Shown: positions 11,420 through 22,686 of the stretch, in pieces | Position numbering within the stretch: position 1 is the stretch's first letter | Layout: each line of letters opens with the position of its first letter | NCBI GenBank assembly: GCA_050119415.1 | Contig: JASFJY010000001.1 | Coordinates: 1 to 34,177, forward strand | DNA: 34,177 nucleotides | DNA from: Chromatiales bacterium | GTDB taxonomy: Bacteria; Pseudomonadota; Gammaproteobacteria; Chromatiales; Chromatiaceae | Direction of reading: 5' to 3' | Position numbers and translations under genes: made by a program | Notes under the pieces: generated by a model | The model's input: the letters and a program-made list of their open reading frames with translations, nothing else | Database searches by the model: none | Told to the model about the DNA's origin: nothing

Positions 11420-11926
11420 TTACTCCAGCCCCTCGAGGATCGCGTCGACGATCTCGGGGGTGAGGTTTTCATAATACTGTTTACCGATCTGCATCATCGG
11501 CGCGCCACCGCATGCGCCCAGGCACTCCACCTCTTTCAGGGAGTAGCGCCCGTCCTCGGTGACTTCGCCAAAACCTATGCCGAGTTTACGCTTCAGATGA
11601 TCGACGATGACATCGGCCTTGTTGATCATGCAGGAGACGTTGGTGCAGACGCAGATCTTGTGCTTGCCGACCGGTTTCAGCTCGTACATGGAGTAGAAGG
11701 TGGCGACTTCGTAGACAGCGATGGGCGGCATATCAAGGTAGGCGGCCACATCGTTCATCAGCTCGCTCGTGAGCCAGCCACCGTTGTCGTCCTGCACAAT
11801 GCGCAGGGCGGCCATCACCGCCGACTGTTTCCACTCGGGCGGATACTTGGCGATCCAGCGATCGATCTCCGCCCTCACTTCCGGGTTGAAGAGTTGTGTT
11901 ATGTCTTTTTCTGCTGTTGTTGTCAT
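11420..11926 (-). CDS. nuoE: NADH-quinone oxidoreductase subunit E
   Basis: VYEVATFYSMY plus 2Fe-2S ligands CTNVSC and ECLGAC. Confidence 0.97.
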   Translation of the reverse strand: MTTTAEKDITQLFNPEVRAEIDRWIAKYPPEWKQSAVMAALRIVQDDNGGWLTSELMNDVAAYLDMPPIAVYEVATFYSMYELKPVGKHKICVCTNVSCMINKADVIVDHLKRKLGIGFGEVTEDGRYSLKEVECLGACGGAPMMQIGKQYYENLTPEIVDAILEGLE

Positions 11927-11941
11927 TCGTTAACAGCCTTT

Positions 11942-13195
11942 TTAACGATCAATCTCACCGAAAACCACGTCCATGGTGCCGATCACCGCCACCACATCGG
12001 CCAGCATATGGCCCTTCACCATCTCGTCCATGGCGGAGAGATGGACAAAACCGGGGGCGCGAATCTTCAAGCGATAGGGCTTGTTGGCGCCATCAGAGAC
12101 GATGTAGCAGCCGAACTCCCCTTTCGGTGCCTCGACGGCGGCGTAGGCCTCACCCTTGGGTGGGCAGTAGCCCTCGGTGAAGAGCTTGAAGTGATGGATC
12201 AGGCTCTCCATGTCGTCCTTCATCTCGCCGCGCGCCGGCACGGCCACTTTGTGATCCTCCAGGATCACCGGTCCCGGATTGTTGCGCAACCACTCTATGC
12301 ACTGTTTGATGATGCGGTTGGATTGACGCAGCTCCTCAACCCGCACCAGATAGCGATCGTAGCAGTCACCGTTGACGCCTACCGGTATATCGAACTCCAC
12401 CTTGTCGTAAGCGGCGTAGGACTGTTTCTTGCGCAGATCCCAGGCGATGCCCGATCCTCGTAGCATGGGGCCGGTAAAACCGAGTTGCATGGCACGCTCC
12501 GGCGAGACCACGCCGATGCCGACGGTACGCTGCTTCCAGATGCGGTTGTCGGTGAGCAGGGTCTCGTACTCGTCCACCAGCTTGGGGAAGCGGTTGCTGA
12601 AGTCTTCAATGAAGTCGAGCAACGAGCCCTGGCGAGCCTCGTTGCGCTCCTTCACGTCACGCCCGGTGACCCATTGACTGGCCTGGTACTTGGGCATCTG
12701 ATCCGGCAGATCGCGGTAGACCCCTCCCGGACGGTAGTAGGCGGCATGCATACGCGCACCCGAGACCGCCTCGTAGCAGTCCATCAGATCCTCGCGCTCA
12801 CGAAAGGCGTAGAGGAACACCGCCATGGCACCGATATCCAGCGCGTGGGTGCCGATCCACATAAGATGGTTGAGGATGCGGGTGATCTCATCGAATAGGG
12901 TGCGGATATACTGGGCGCGGATCGGCGCCTCGATACCCAGCAGCTTCTCGATGGCCCGTACATAACCGTGTTCGTTGCACATCATCGACACATAGTCGAG
13001 ACGGTCCATGTAGGGGATGCTTTGATTATAGGGCTTGCTCTCGGCCAGCTTCTCGGTGGCGCGGTGCAACAGGCCGATATGGGGATCGGCGCGTTCGATG
13101 ACCTCGCCGTCCATCTCCAGCACCAGGCGCAGCACGCCATGGGCAGCGGGATGCTGGGGACCAAAATTCAGGGTGTAATTACGGATCTCAGGCAT
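11942..13195 (-). CDS. nuoD: NADH-quinone oxidoreductase subunit D
   Basis: [16 protein letters not shown] at the N-terminus and GEIDR at the C-terminus. Start moved to MPEIRN (13195), giving 417 aa and a short overlap with the nuoC stop. Confidence 0.98.
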   Translation of the reverse strand: MPEIRNYTLNFGPQHPAAHGVLRLVLEMDGEVIERADPHIGLLHRATEKLAESKPYNQSIPYMDRLDYVSMMCNEHGYVRAIEKLLGIEAPIRAQYIRTLFDEITRILNHLMWIGTHALDIGAMAVFLYAFREREDLMDCYEAVSGARMHAAYYRPGGVYRDLPDQMPKYQASQWVTGRDVKERNEARQGSLLDFIEDFSNRFPKLVDEYETLLTDNRIWKQRTVGIGVVSPERAMQLGFTGPMLRGSGIAWDLRKKQSYAAYDKVEFDIPVGVNGDCYDRYLVRVEELRQSNRIIKQCIEWLRNNPGPVILEDHKVAVPARGEMKDDMESLIHHFKLFTEGYCPPKGEAYAAVEAPKGEFGCYIVSDGANKPYRLKIRAPGFVHLSAMDEMVKGHMLADVVAVIGTMDVVFGEIDR

Positions 13196-13907
13196 CGCCG
13201 GCGTCCTGGGTTTCGTTATCCGCTCCAAGATAACGGTTGTCTTCACGGATCACTCGCGGCACCAGAGTGCGCGGATCGATACTCACAGGTTCGTAGACCA
13301 CCCGCCCAAGGTTGGGATCGTAGCGCATCTCTACCTGGCCGATGAGCGGAAAGTCCTTGCGGAAGGGGTGACCGATAAAGCCGTAGTCGGTAAGGATACG
13401 CCGCAGATCCGGATGGCCGCTGAAGAGAATGCCGTAGAGATCGAAAGCCTCGCGCTCGAACCAGTTGGCGCTCGCCCAGACGGTAACCACCGAGTCGACG
13501 ATCGGCTCCGAAGTATCCACAAAGACACGTAGCCGCAGACGCATGTTGTGGTGGATGGAAAGCAGGTGATAGACGGCCGCGAAACGCTTTTCCTCCATCA
13601 ACTCCAGCTCTCCGACAGGGGTAACGCCACGACCGAAACCGGTATCCGGCGCCTCGTCCGTCTGCCATTCTGATTGGCCATAGGTGGCATAGTCGACACC
13701 GCAGACATCGATCAGCTCCTCGAAACGAAAGGCTTCCTCGTCGCGCAAGCGGGCGGCGACTTCGAGCAAATGCTGCCTGGGCACGACCAGCGTCACCTCG
13801 CCGCAGGACCTCTCCAGGCTGCACCCCATTTCGGAGAAGGTTGAAAGCAAATTGTCTGCCAGCTGCGCGAGCCGTGCCTGCATATCGTTATGCGAACCGT
13901 TGCTCAT
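13188..13907 (-). CDS. nuoC: NADH-quinone oxidoreductase subunit C
   Basis: [42 protein letters not shown] signature. Confidence 0.97.
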   Translation of the reverse strand: MSNGSHNDMQARLAQLADNLLSTFSEMGCSLERSCGEVTLVVPRQHLLEVAARLRDEEAFRFEELIDVCGVDYATYGQSEWQTDEAPDTGFGRGVTPVGELELMEEKRFAAVYHLLSIHHNMRLRLRVFVDTSEPIVDSVVTVWASANWFEREAFDLYGILFSGHPDLRRILTDYGFIGHPFRKDFPLIGQVEMRYDPNLGRVVYEPVSIDPRTLVPRVIREDNRYLGADNETQDAGDA

Positions 13908-13920
13908 GATTCAGAACCTG

Positions 13921-14397
13921 TTAACGAGCTATAGTGCTGGTTCGGCGTATTTTATCCTGCAGCTGCAGTACGCCGTAGAGTAGCGCTTCAGCGGTCGGTG
14001 GACAGCCCGGAACATAGATATCCACGGGTACGATGCGGTCGCAACCACGCACCACCGCGTAAGAGTAGTGGTAGTATCCGCCACCGTTGGCACAGGAGCC
14101 CATGGAGATCACCCAACGAGGCTCAGCCATCTGATCGTAAACCTTGCGCAGGGCCGGCGCCATTTTGTTGACCAGGGTACCGGCAACGATCATCACATCC
14201 GACTGACGAGGACTGGGCCGGAAGAAGATACCGAACCGATCCAAATCATAACGGGCTGCGGCGGCGTGCATCATCTCGACGGCGCAACAGGCGAGTCCGA
14301 ATGTCATCGGCCACATCGAACCTGTACGTGCCCAGTTGATCAGTTTATCGGCAGAGGTGGTGAAGAACCCCTGTTCCATGATCCCTTCAATACCCAC
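13921..14397 (-). CDS. nuoB: NADH-quinone oxidoreductase subunit B
   Basis: [18 protein letters not shown] and YVPGCPP motifs; GTG start preceded by GGAGGT. Confidence 0.98.
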   Translation of the reverse strand: MGIEGIMEQGFFTTSADKLINWARTGSMWPMTFGLACCAVEMMHAAAARYDLDRFGIFFRPSPRQSDVMIVAGTLVNKMAPALRKVYDQMAEPRWVISMGSCANGGGYYHYSYAVVRGCDRIVPVDIYVPGCPPTAEALLYGVLQLQDKIRRTSTIAR

Positions 14398-14481
14398 TCA
14401 ACACCTCCGAGAATCCGCTGACCGGCACCCGCTCCATGGACGCAAAGCTTGCCTTGACCAAACCGTAATCCCTGCTTTCGA

Positions 14482-14838
14482 CTACTCCCATTCCAGCGCC
14501 CCTTTCTTCCATTCATAGATGAATCCAATCACCAGAATGCCGAGAAAGACCATCATTGCAATGAAGCCAACCATGCCGATCTGATCGAGAACCACGGCCC
14601 AGGGAAAGAGAAAAGCGATTTCCAGATCGAAGATAATGAAGAGGATGGCCACCAGGTAGTAGCGCACATCAAACTTCATGCGCGAGTTCTCGAACGCTTC
14701 GAAGCCGCATTCGTAGGGAGAAAGCTTTTCGCTGTCGGGTTTGCGGGGGCCCAGAATAAAACCCAAGCCGATCACGACACCACCCATCACGAAAGCCAAG
14801 GCCATAAAAATCAGGATGGGTAAATAGTTTTCGAGCAT
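14482..14838 (-). CDS. nuoA: NADH-quinone oxidoreductase subunit A
   Basis: [24 protein letters not shown] and [11 protein letters not shown] motifs. Confidence 0.98.
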   Translation of the reverse strand: MLENYLPILIFMALAFVMGGVVIGLGFILGPRKPDSEKLSPYECGFEAFENSRMKFDVRYYLVAILFIIFDLEIAFLFPWAVVLDQIGMVGFIAMMVFLGILVIGFIYEWKKGALEWE

Positions 14839-14904
14839 GGGTATGCTGCCCCCTTACGTCGTCAAATCGTTATGGTTTTAACTGCGAACCATAGGGAAGG
14901 CAGG

Positions 14905-14934
14905 AGTCTATCCTTTGGCACATAACCATGTCAA
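14905..14934 (-). promoter_or_regulatory. sigma70 promoter of the nuo operon
   Basis: TTGACA-18 nt-TAGACT about 65 nt upstream of the nuoA start. Confidence 0.6.
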
Positions 14935-14961
14935 GTTGCAGAAAAGCCTAATTTTCTAATA

Positions 14962-14974
14962 AATCATATAGTTA
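14962..14974. promoter_or_regulatory. possible IHF site upstream of the nuo promoter
   Basis: AATCATATAGTTA has one mismatch to WATCAANNNNTTR and sits in an AT-rich tract. Confidence 0.35.
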
Positions 14975-14992
14975 TGTTAATTTTTTGAACAT

Positions 14993-15030
14993 AAAAAAAC
15001 GGCATTGCCTCGAATGGAAGCAATACCGTT
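14993..15030 (-). terminator. intrinsic terminator after tRNA-Leu
   Basis: Minus strand AACGGTATTGCTT-loop-AGGCAATGCCGTT running into a T7 tract. Confidence 0.85.
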
Positions 15031-15035
15031 CGTGT

Positions 15036-15120
15036 TGGTGCCGATGGCCGGATTTGAACCGGCACGGCTTACGCCACTACCCCCTCAAGATAGCGTGTCT
15101 ACCAATTCCACCACATCGGC
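15036..15120 (-). tRNA. leuU: tRNA-Leu (GAG)
   Basis: GCCGATGTGGTGGAATTGGTAGACACGCTATCTTGAGGGGGTAG...GGTTCAAATCCGGCCATCGGCACCA. 85 nt, long variable arm, located after secG. Confidence 0.97.
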
Positions 15121-15143
15121 AAATTTCATCTAATCCGTCCTAC

Positions 15144-15716
15144 TTACTCCTTTGCCTCGGCCGGCGCTTCCGGCGTCGCCGGAGCTGCCTCGGTCGTCTC
15201 GGTCGCTGGCGCTTCGGCCGACACGGCCGGCGCATCAGCGTTATCAGGTGCCGCCACGGCCGGCACGTCAGCATTATCGGGTGCCGCCACGGCCGGCACG
15301 TCAGCATTATCGGGTGCCGCTACGACCGGCACGTCAGTTTGCGGTGCGAGGGCTTCCTCGCCACCCTCTACCGGTACGGCGGGCACGTCTGAACCAGCAG
15401 GCATCGGGGGCAGATCGGTGGTCGGCTGAGTCTCGGCTTCCACCTCCGTCTGCGGCAGGGTATCCAGCACGAAATTACCGTCGTCACTCTGTGAGGCGAA
15501 GTAGGCCATTACCATGCTTGTAACGAAAAACAGGGTGGCCAATCCAGCCGTCAACCGCGTCAGAAAAGAGGCCGAGCCCTTGGCGCCGAACACAGTACCG
15601 GATGCGCCACTACCGAAAGCGGCGCCCATGTCGGCGCCCTTTCCGTGCTGAATCAGGATCAACCCAATCAAGGCAAGAGCCAGAAAGAGATGAAATACGA
15701 TGAGAATTGTCTGCAT
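15144..15716 (-). CDS. secG: preprotein translocase subunit SecG with a long acidic Pro/Ala-rich tail
   Basis: ILIQHGKGADMGAAFGSGASGTVFG motif, two TM helices, tpiA-secG-leuU synteny. Confidence 0.96.
   Translation of the reverse strand: MQTILIVFHLFLALALIGLILIQHGKGADMGAAFGSGASGTVFGAKGSASFLTRLTAGLATLFFVTSMVMAYFASQSDDGNFVLDTLPQTEVEAETQPTTDLPPMPAGSDVPAVPVEGGEEALAPQTDVPVVAAPDNADVPAVAAPDNADVPAVAAPDNADAPAVSAEAPATETTEAAPATPEAPAEAKE
15222..15337. repeat. 33-bp in-frame tandem repeat (about 3.5 copies) in secG
   Basis: Units at 15222, 15255, 15288 and a partial unit at 15321. Consensus CACGGCCGGCACGTCAGCATTATCGGGTGCCGC encodes ADVPAVAAPDN. Confidence 0.95.
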
Positions 15717-15766
15717 ATAGCTGTGCCTGTCTTAGGGGCCTGCTAACAGGCTCCTGTTAATTCGCC

Positions 15767-16519
15767 TTAGTTGGCCGCGGTGCATATCCCGAGAAAGGCC
15801 TCGGCCTTGAGGGAAGCCCCCCCGATCAGACCACCATCGATATCCGGTTTTTCGATCAGCTCCTTGGCATTATCGGGTTTCATCGAGCCGCCGTAGAGAA
15901 TACGCAGCCCTTCGGCCACCTCGGCGCTCTTCTCGGCAATCCGCCCACGGATGAAGGCATGCACCTCCTGAGCCTGCTCAGGCGTGGCGGTCTTCCCGGT
16001 ACCTATGGCCCAGACCGGCTCATAGGCAATCACGCCATCGGCCAGCGCCTCGACCCCTTCCAGTGCGATCACCGCATCGAGCTGGCGAGCCACCACTGTT
16101 TCAGTGGTACCGGCTTCACGCTCTTGCAAGGTTTCGCCAACGCAGAGAATCGGCACCAGTCCCGCAGCGCGTGCCACGGCATATTTCTTGGCCACCAACT
16201 CATCGCTCTCGGCATGGTAGGTACGGCGCTCGGAGTGGCCCACAATCACGTACTTGCAGCCAAAGTCCTGCAACATGGAAGCGGCTACCTCACCGGTAAA
16301 GGCTCCAGACAACTCAGCGGAAAGATCCTGGCCACCCCAGGCAATGACACTGCCAGCCAGCAACTTCTCAGTCTCCGGAATGAACACAGAGGGAGGGCAG
16401 ACCGCCACTTCCGCGTTTTTCACTGCAGCAACACCACCCTTGATACCTTCCAAGAGCGCTCGTACGCCCTCCAAAGAGCCGTTCATCTTCCAGTTACCGG
16501 CAACCAGTGGCTTACGCAT
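15767..16519 (-). CDS. tpiA: triosephosphate isomerase
   Basis: [24 protein letters not shown] and LIGGASL motifs. Confidence 0.99.
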   Translation of the reverse strand: MRKPLVAGNWKMNGSLEGVRALLEGIKGGVAAVKNAEVAVCPPSVFIPETEKLLAGSVIAWGGQDLSAELSGAFTGEVAASMLQDFGCKYVIVGHSERRTYHAESDELVAKKYAVARAAGLVPILCVGETLQEREAGTTETVVARQLDAVIALEGVEALADGVIAYEPVWAIGTGKTATPEQAQEVHAFIRGRIAEKSAEVAEGLRILYGGSMKPDNAKELIEKPDIDGGLIGGASLKAEAFLGICTAAN

Positions 16520-16551
16520 CTGTTCGCTCCTGAAATCTAAGAAAGCGCGCT

Positions 16552-16580
16552 AGCTTAACGGCCAACGCGTGTTAAATCAA
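16552..16580 (-). promoter_or_regulatory. candidate sigma70 promoter of tpiA
   Basis: TTGATT-17 nt-TAAGCT about 30 nt upstream of the tpiA start. Confidence 0.5.
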
Positions 16581-16645
16581 TCACCATTTTCAGCGGTGTG
16601 CCTAAATTCTCTGTACGGCGGCAGATTTTTTCGCTCTGTGGTCGC

Positions 16646-17998
16646 TCAGGCCGGCTGGGCTTCAACGAACTCTCGTACCACTCCGGCAATCCGCTCGGAG
16701 AAGTGTTCCACCAACTGCAAATCGTTGCCCTCCACCATGACACGGATCAGGGGTTCGGTTCCGGAGGGGCGCAACAGCACCCGGCCGCCGCCGCCCATTT
16801 CAACCTCTGCCTCCCTGACCGCCTTCTTCACCGCATCGGACTCCATGATCTCCAACGGCTTCTTGTCGCCGAGCTTGATGTTGGTCAGTTTCTGAGGGTA
16901 TTTGCTCATGCCGCTTGCCAACGTTTGCAGACTCTCTCCGGTCGCATGCATCTCAGCAAGTACCTGCAGGGCCGACACAATCCCGTCGCCTGTCGTGGTG
17001 CGGTCGAGACAGATGATATGCCCCGACTGTTCGCCGCCGAGAACCCAGCCTTTCTTGAACAGGCGCTCCATGATGTAGCGATCGCCGACCTGGGTACGCT
17101 CGAAGACCACCCCTTGTTCGCGCAGGGCAACCTCCAGTCCCAGATTGCTCATCAAGGTACCGACGACCGCGCCCTTCAACTCTCCTATGCGCATGCGCGA
17201 GCGGGCGATGATGTAGAGGATCTGATCACCATCCACCTCATTACCCTGACTGTCGACCATGATCAGACGATCTCCATCACCATCCAGGGCGATGCCGAGA
17301 TCGGCGCCATGCTCCCTGACCGCCGCCTTGAGGTGTTCCGGATAGGTCGAGCCGACACCGTCGTTGATGTTGAACCCGTTGGGCTCATTGCCGATGGCGA
17401 TCACCTCCGCGCCCATTTCGTCAAAGACATAGGGAGCGATGTTGTAGGTAGCGCCGTTGGCACAGTCGACCACAATCTTCATGCCGCGAAAACGGGTTCG
17501 CAATGGAATGGTGCTTTTACAAAATTCGATGTAGCGGCCCTCGGCCGCCATCTTCTCGGCACGCCCCAGTTTGGCGGAATCGACCGTGACCAGCGGCTTG
17601 TCCATCTCCGCCTCGATGGCGCTCTCAACCTGATCCGGCAGTTTCAGGCCATCGGCGGAGAAAAACTTGATGCCATTGTCTTGGTAGGGGTTGTGGGAGG
17701 CGCTGATAACGATACCCGCCTGGGCATGCAGGGTGCGGGTCAGATAGGCCACGCTGGGCGTCGGCATCGGACCCAGCAGGGTGATGTTGACGCCGGCAGC
17801 GGTCAATCCCGCCTCCAGGGCCGATTCGAGCAGATAGCCCGAGATTCGCGTATCCTTACCGATCAGAACTCGGCTCTTCGTCTCGGTCCCGAGCACGCGG
17901 CCTGCGGCCCAACCCAATTTCAGAACGAACTCGGGAGTGATCACCCCTTCGCCAAAACGGCCACGCACCCCATCGGTGCCAAAGTATTTGCGACTCAA
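16646..17998 (-). CDS. glmM: phosphoglucosamine mutase
   Basis: YFGTDGVRG, phosphoserine loop ISASHNP, DGDGDR and RPSGTEP motifs; TTG start. Confidence 0.98.
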   Translation of the reverse strand: MSRKYFGTDGVRGRFGEGVITPEFVLKLGWAAGRVLGTETKSRVLIGKDTRISGYLLESALEAGLTAAGVNITLLGPMPTPSVAYLTRTLHAQAGIVISASHNPYQDNGIKFFSADGLKLPDQVESAIEAEMDKPLVTVDSAKLGRAEKMAAEGRYIEFCKSTIPLRTRFRGMKIVVDCANGATYNIAPYVFDEMGAEVIAIGNEPNGFNINDGVGSTYPEHLKAAVREHGADLGIALDGDGDRLIMVDSQGNEVDGDQILYIIARSRMRIGELKGAVVGTLMSNLGLEVALREQGVVFERTQVGDRYIMERLFKKGWVLGGEQSGHIICLDRTTTGDGIVSALQVLAEMHATGESLQTLASGMSKYPQKLTNIKLGDKKPLEIMESDAVKKAVREAEVEMGGGGRVLLRPSGTEPLIRVMVEGNDLQLVEHFSERIAGVVREFVEAQPA

Positions 17999-18043
17999 TG
18001 AAACGCCCTCTATTTTTAATCTGTGGTTTAGGGCCAGGTAAAA

Positions 18044-18877
18044 CTAGTCCGCCGAGCGGACAGCCGACGCCACTTTCACCGCTTCAACCGTCGGCCCTAC
18101 ATCATGGGCTCTGATGATAGACGCCCCCTGGATAACTGCAACCACCGCAGCGGCCACGCTGCCGTGAACCCGCTGATCGACGGGCACCCTGCCCAGCAGC
18201 GTGCCGATCATCGATTTCCTTGAAATTCCCACCAATAGCGGCAATCCAAGAGACTCAAGGCCCTGCAGATGTTTCAGCAGGGAGAGATTATGACTCAGGG
18301 TCTTGCCAAATCCGAAACCGGGATCGATCAACAGGCGATCACGCCGGATCCCCCCCGCCTCGCAGACCGCCACCCGCTCGGCGAGAAAGGCGCGCACCTC
18401 GGCCACCACATCCTCATAGTGCGGTCCCTGCTGCATGGTGCGGGGCTCCCCCCGCATATGCATCAGGCAGACCGGAACCTTCAACTCTGCCGCCGTCTCG
18501 ACGGCAGACGGCGCCTGCAGCGCCATGACATCGTTGATAAAACCGGCACCGGCGGCAACCGCTTCACGCATCACGGCTGGCTTGAGGGTATCGACGGAGA
18601 TGGGGACAGAGATTTCGCCGGCCAACGCCTCGATGACCGGCACCACCCGCTCCAGCTCCTGTTCGACGGAGACGGGCTGAGCACCGGGACGGGTCGATTC
18701 ACCACCGATATCGACAAGGGCGGCCCCCTCCTCAACCATCCGTTGGGCATGGCGCAGCGCCGCATCCCTGGCGAGAAAGCGGCCTCCGTCCGAAAAGGAG
18801 TCCGGTGTCAGATTGAGAATTCCCATGACCTGGGGTTGCCCCAGGTCGAGAGGTTTTCCCCCGCAATCAAGAATCAC
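18044..18877 (-). CDS. folP: dihydropteroate synthase
   Basis: MGILNLTPDSFSDGG, DIGGESTRPGA, DPGFGFGK and SRKS motifs. Confidence 0.98.
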   Translation of the reverse strand: MILDCGGKPLDLGQPQVMGILNLTPDSFSDGGRFLARDAALRHAQRMVEEGAALVDIGGESTRPGAQPVSVEQELERVVPVIEALAGEISVPISVDTLKPAVMREAVAAGAGFINDVMALQAPSAVETAAELKVPVCLMHMRGEPRTMQQGPHYEDVVAEVRAFLAERVAVCEAGGIRRDRLLIDPGFGFGKTLSHNLSLLKHLQGLESLGLPLLVGISRKSMIGTLLGRVPVDQRVHGSVAAAVVAVIQGASIIRAHDVGPTVEAVKVASAVRSAD

Positions 18878-18880
18878 TAA

Positions 18881-20809
18881 TCAGTGCTGTCCGGCCGGAC
18901 CACCAATGGTCCCGGAGACATCATCCGAGGCCGGGGCCTCACCTGAGGGTTTGGCGCCATCGTCGCTACCTTCCGGTTCGATCCAATCCTTCGGCGGTCG
19001 CGGCACCTTACCGGCCATGATGTCGTCGATTTGATCGGTGTCGATGGTCTCGTACTTGATCAACGCCTCGGCCATCAGGTGCAGCTTTTCCTCATTCTCG
19101 GTGAGAATCCGGTTAGAGCGCTCATAGTTGCGATCGATGAAGCTGCGGATCTCCTCATCGATGGTGTGCGCGGTGTCGTCCGAGACATTCTTGTGCTGGG
19201 TCACCGAACGACCGAGGAAAACCTCCTCCTCCTCCTCGCTGTACATCAGCGGTCCGAGGCGTTCGGACAGCCCCCACTTGGTCACCATGTTGCGGGCGAT
19301 CTCGGTGGCGCGCTTGATGTCGTTGGAGGCGCCGGTGGTCACCTTGTCGATGCCGAAAATCAACTCCTCGGCGATGCGGCCGCCGAATAGGCTGGAGATC
19401 TGGCTCTCCAGATGTTCCTTGCTGTAGCTGTAGCGGTCGGCCTCCGGCAGGAACATGGTCACGCCCAGGGCGCGGCCACGGGGGATGATGCTGACTTTGT
19501 AGACCGGGTCGTGGGACGGTACCAGACGGCCGACGATAGCATGCCCCGCCTCGTGATAGGCGGTGAGTTTTTTCTCCTCCTCGCTCATCACCATGGTGCG
19601 GCGCTCGGTACCCATGAGGATCTTGTCCTTGGCCTTCTCCATCTCTTCCATGGTCACCAAGGTCTTGTTGGCACGGGCGGCGAACAGTGCCGCTTCGTTG
19701 ACCAAGTTGGCCAGATCGGCGCCGGAGAAACCGGGGGTGCCGCGAGCGATGATGCCGGGTTTCACGTCATCGGCGGCGGCCACCTTGCGCAGATGCACCT
19801 TAAGGATCTGCTCACGACCGCGCACATCGGGCAGCGGCACCACCACCTGACGGTCGAAACGACCGGGACGCAGCAGAGCGGGATCCAGCACGTCGGGACG
19901 GTTGGTGGCGGCGATGACGATAACCCCCTCGTTGCCTTCGAAGCCGTCCATCTCCACCAGCAGCTGATTGAGGGTCTGCTCGCGCTCGTCGTGACCACCG
20001 CCCAGGCCGGCGCCGCGATGGCGGCCCACCGCGTCGATCTCGTCGATAAAAATAATACAGGGGGCATGCTTCTTCGCCTGATCGAACATGTCGCGCACCC
20101 GGGAGGCGCCGACACCGACGAACATCTCGACGAAGTCGGAACCGGAGATGGTGAAGAAGGGCACCTTGGCCTCGCCGGCGATGGCCTTGGCCAGCAGGGT
20201 CTTACCGGTACCCGGTGAACCCACCATCAATACGCCTTTAGGGATCTTGCCGCCCAGCTTCTGGAACTTGGAAGGGTCGCGCAGGAAGTCGACCATTTCA
20301 GTCACCTCCTCCTTGGCCTCCTCCACGCCGGCAACGTCGCTAAAGGTAATCTTAACCTGATCCTCACTGAGCATCCTCGCCTTGCTCTTGCCGAAGGACA
20401 TGGCGCCGCGCCCAGCACCGCCACCCTGCATCTGGCGCATGAAGAAGATCCAGAGGCCGATGAGCACGAAGAGCGGGAACCAGTTGATGAGGATGTTCAT
20501 CAGCAGGGAGGGCTTCTCCGGCGGTATGGCTGAGATCTCCACGTTATTGTTGAGCAGATCGCTCACCAGCATGTCATCGCCGGGACTGTAAGTGGAGAAA
20601 TGCTGCCCGGAGACGAGAGTTCCGTCAATGTCATGGCCGTTATCGCCAATGATCACCTCCTTGACCTGTCCCGATTTCACGTCGGCGATGAACTCGGAAT
20701 AGGGTTTCATCTGCGCCTTGGTCTGAGTGGTGGTGAAGTTGTTGAAGACCGTCATCAGCACGATGGCGATCACCACCCAGAGAATCAGATTTTTTGCCAT
20801 GTCATTCAA
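18881..20809 (-). CDS. ftsH: ATP-dependent zinc metalloprotease FtsH
   Basis: Walker A GSPGTGKT, Walker B IIFIDEID and the zinc motif HEAGH. Start taken as TTG at 20809 (GAGG 8 nt upstream); ATG at 20800 is the alternative. Confidence 0.98.
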   Translation of the reverse strand: MNDMAKNLILWVVIAIVLMTVFNNFTTTQTKAQMKPYSEFIADVKSGQVKEVIIGDNGHDIDGTLVSGQHFSTYSPGDDMLVSDLLNNNVEISAIPPEKPSLLMNILINWFPLFVLIGLWIFFMRQMQGGGAGRGAMSFGKSKARMLSEDQVKITFSDVAGVEEAKEEVTEMVDFLRDPSKFQKLGGKIPKGVLMVGSPGTGKTLLAKAIAGEAKVPFFTISGSDFVEMFVGVGASRVRDMFDQAKKHAPCIIFIDEIDAVGRHRGAGLGGGHDEREQTLNQLLVEMDGFEGNEGVIVIAATNRPDVLDPALLRPGRFDRQVVVPLPDVRGREQILKVHLRKVAAADDVKPGIIARGTPGFSGADLANLVNEAALFAARANKTLVTMEEMEKAKDKILMGTERRTMVMSEEEKKLTAYHEAGHAIVGRLVPSHDPVYKVSIIPRGRALGVTMFLPEADRYSYSKEHLESQISSLFGGRIAEELIFGIDKVTTGASNDIKRATEIARNMVTKWGLSERLGPLMYSEEEEEVFLGRSVTQHKNVSDDTAHTIDEEIRSFIDRNYERSNRILTENEEKLHLMAEALIKYETIDTDQIDDIMAGKVPRPPKDWIEPEGSDDGAKPSGEAPASDDVSGTIGGPAGQH

Positions 20810-20974
20810 AACGTAAACCTCGCGTATCATTCCGACGAGCGTCGGAAACACATACCTTACCAGTGTAGTCGCTGCCGCGGGTGGTGACGAATCCCCTGTC
20901 ACAACCTGTTAGCGCAGGATGCTGGCTGTGCAACTACCTGTTTTGTTGGATTAACTGATTAGATTAGTACGGTA

Positions 20975-21595
20975 CTATATCTTAAAGTTCATCGCCACCA
21001 GATAGATCTCACGGCTTTTCGCCCGTGACGAACTCGGTTTGCGGCTCACCACGCGGCTAAAAGATTGACGTAAGGATTTGAAGTACTCGTCAAATCCGGC
21101 CCCTTGAAAGACCTTGATGACAAATCCGCCACCCGGCTTCAAGCTCTCACGCGCAAAATCCAGCGCAAGTTCACAGAGATACATGGCGCGCGGCTGATCC
21201 ACGCTGGCCATACCCGTTACATTGGGTGCCATATCGGAAATTACAAGATCGACCGGCTCACCGTCCAGAAGACTCTGCAATTGAACAAGCGGTTGCTCAT
21301 CACGAAAGTCCCCCTGGATGATGTCAACCCCGGCGATCGGGTCCATCGGCAAGATATCGAGGGCAATCACCCGCCCCTTGTCACCGACCAGGTCGCGGGC
21401 AACCTGGCTCCAGCCTCCCGGCGCGGCCCCCAGATCCACCACCTGCATACCCGCTTTGATGACCCTATCTTTTTCCTGTATTTCCAGTAACTTGAAAGCC
21501 GCGCGCGAGCGGTAGCCAGCCTTCTGCGCCTGCTTTACGTAGGCATCTTTAAAGTGGCGATCGAGCCATTGGCGGCTGCTTTTGCTGCGTTTCAT
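20975..21595 (-). CDS. rlmE: 23S rRNA Um2552 2'-O-methyltransferase RlmE (FtsJ/RrmJ)
   Basis: [29 protein letters not shown] and SREIY motifs; upstream of ftsH. Confidence 0.98.
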   Translation of the reverse strand: MKRSKSSRQWLDRHFKDAYVKQAQKAGYRSRAAFKLLEIQEKDRVIKAGMQVVDLGAAPGGWSQVARDLVGDKGRVIALDILPMDPIAGVDIIQGDFRDEQPLVQLQSLLDGEPVDLVISDMAPNVTGMASVDQPRAMYLCELALDFARESLKPGGGFVIKVFQGAGFDEYFKSLRQSFSRVVSRKPSSSRAKSREIYLVAMNFKI

Positions 21596-21832
21596 GTGGT
21601 AATTTTGAATGCTGCATTATGCATTGGGGAGAACGCTTTTCGCACGTTTTATACCCCCCCTCGATCCAATCCCTCTACCTCCAGTGAGAAGGCCAGGGTG
21701 AAGGGATAAAAAGCCGTGTGCGTAGCGCACCTTTTCAATATCAAGATCGTCAACTCATAATTCTCAAATCTCATTCCATCATACCCGAAAAAGGGCTAAA
21801 ATCCGCCTCGCTCATTTTATCGGCAGAGATTT

Positions 21833-22129
21833 ATGACACTGACTTCCGCCCAGATCCGCGAATTAAAAAAATTGGCCCACCCCCTCAAACCCGTGGTCAT
21901 CGTCGGCCAGCAGGGTCTGGGCGAGAACGTTATGGCGGAGATCGACTCGACCCTCGACACCCATGAATTGATCAAGGTGAAGCTGGCCGGCGCCGACAAG
22001 AGCGATCGGCAAACGATGAGTGGAACCATTGAGGAACGCCTGCGCGCCTCACTGGTGCAGATCATCGGACGGGTGGCGGTTTTCTACCGAGCCAATCCGA
22101 AGAAGAAGAAAAACCGGATTGTGGTCTAA
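21833..22129 (+). CDS. yhbY: CRM-domain RNA-binding ribosome assembly factor YhbY
   Basis: LAHPLKPVVIVGQQGL, HELIKVK and VQIIGRVAVFYR motifs; divergent from rlmE. Confidence 0.95.
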   Translation: MTLTSAQIRELKKLAHPLKPVVIVGQQGLGENVMAEIDSTLDTHELIKVKLAGADKSDRQTMSGTIEERLRASLVQIIGRVAVFYRANPKKKKNRIVV

Positions 22130-22195
22130 TTTTGAATTAGCGCTATGCGCTTCGCGCACAACCCCAATTCATAATTCAATAATCGAAATCACTCG

Positions 22196-22672
22196 CTATT
22201 CGTAGCGTACGTCCAGTATCTCGAACTCCCTGGCTCCACCCGGCGTCTGCAGAAATACATCATCCCCCTCCTGCTTGCCGATCAGGGCGCGGGCGATCGG
22301 GGAGCTGACGGAGATCAGGTTGTGTTTGAGATCGGCCTCGTCGTCACCGACGATCTGGTAGGTGAATTCCGCATCGTTGTCGAGCTCCAGCACCACCACG
22401 GTGGCGCCGAAGACCACTTTGCCGCCGGCGTCCAGCTTGGTCACGTCGATGACCTGGGCGTGGGAGAGCTTACCCTCGATATCCTTGATGCGGCCTTCGA
22501 TGAAGCTCTGCTGTTCGCGGGCCGCATGGTATTCGGCGTTCTCTTTCAGATCCCCATGCTCACGCGCCTCGGCGATTGCCTTGATGATCTTCGGGCGCTC
22601 CACGCTCTTCAGCTGCTTGAGTTCCTCGCGCAGCTTGGCGGCGCCTTTGGCGGTCAAAGGTACCTTGTTCAT
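22196..22672 (-). CDS. greA: transcription elongation factor GreA
   Basis: [16 protein letters not shown] and [14 protein letters not shown] motifs. Confidence 0.98.
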   Translation of the reverse strand: MNKVPLTAKGAAKLREELKQLKSVERPKIIKAIAEAREHGDLKENAEYHAAREQQSFIEGRIKDIEGKLSHAQVIDVTKLDAGGKVVFGATVVVLELDNDAEFTYQIVGDDEADLKHNLISVSSPIARALIGKQEGDDVFLQTPGGAREFEILDVRYE

Positions 22673-22686
22673 CGACGTTTCCTCTC

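Noticed and set aside
15222-15337. 33-bp repeats as a possible CRISPR array
   Set aside because: The units are contiguous with no spacers, lie in frame within secG, and no cas genes are present.
21596-21832. RpoH promoter for rlmE-ftsH, expected from E. coli
   Set aside because: No correctly spaced CTTGAA/CCCCAT pair was found by eye.
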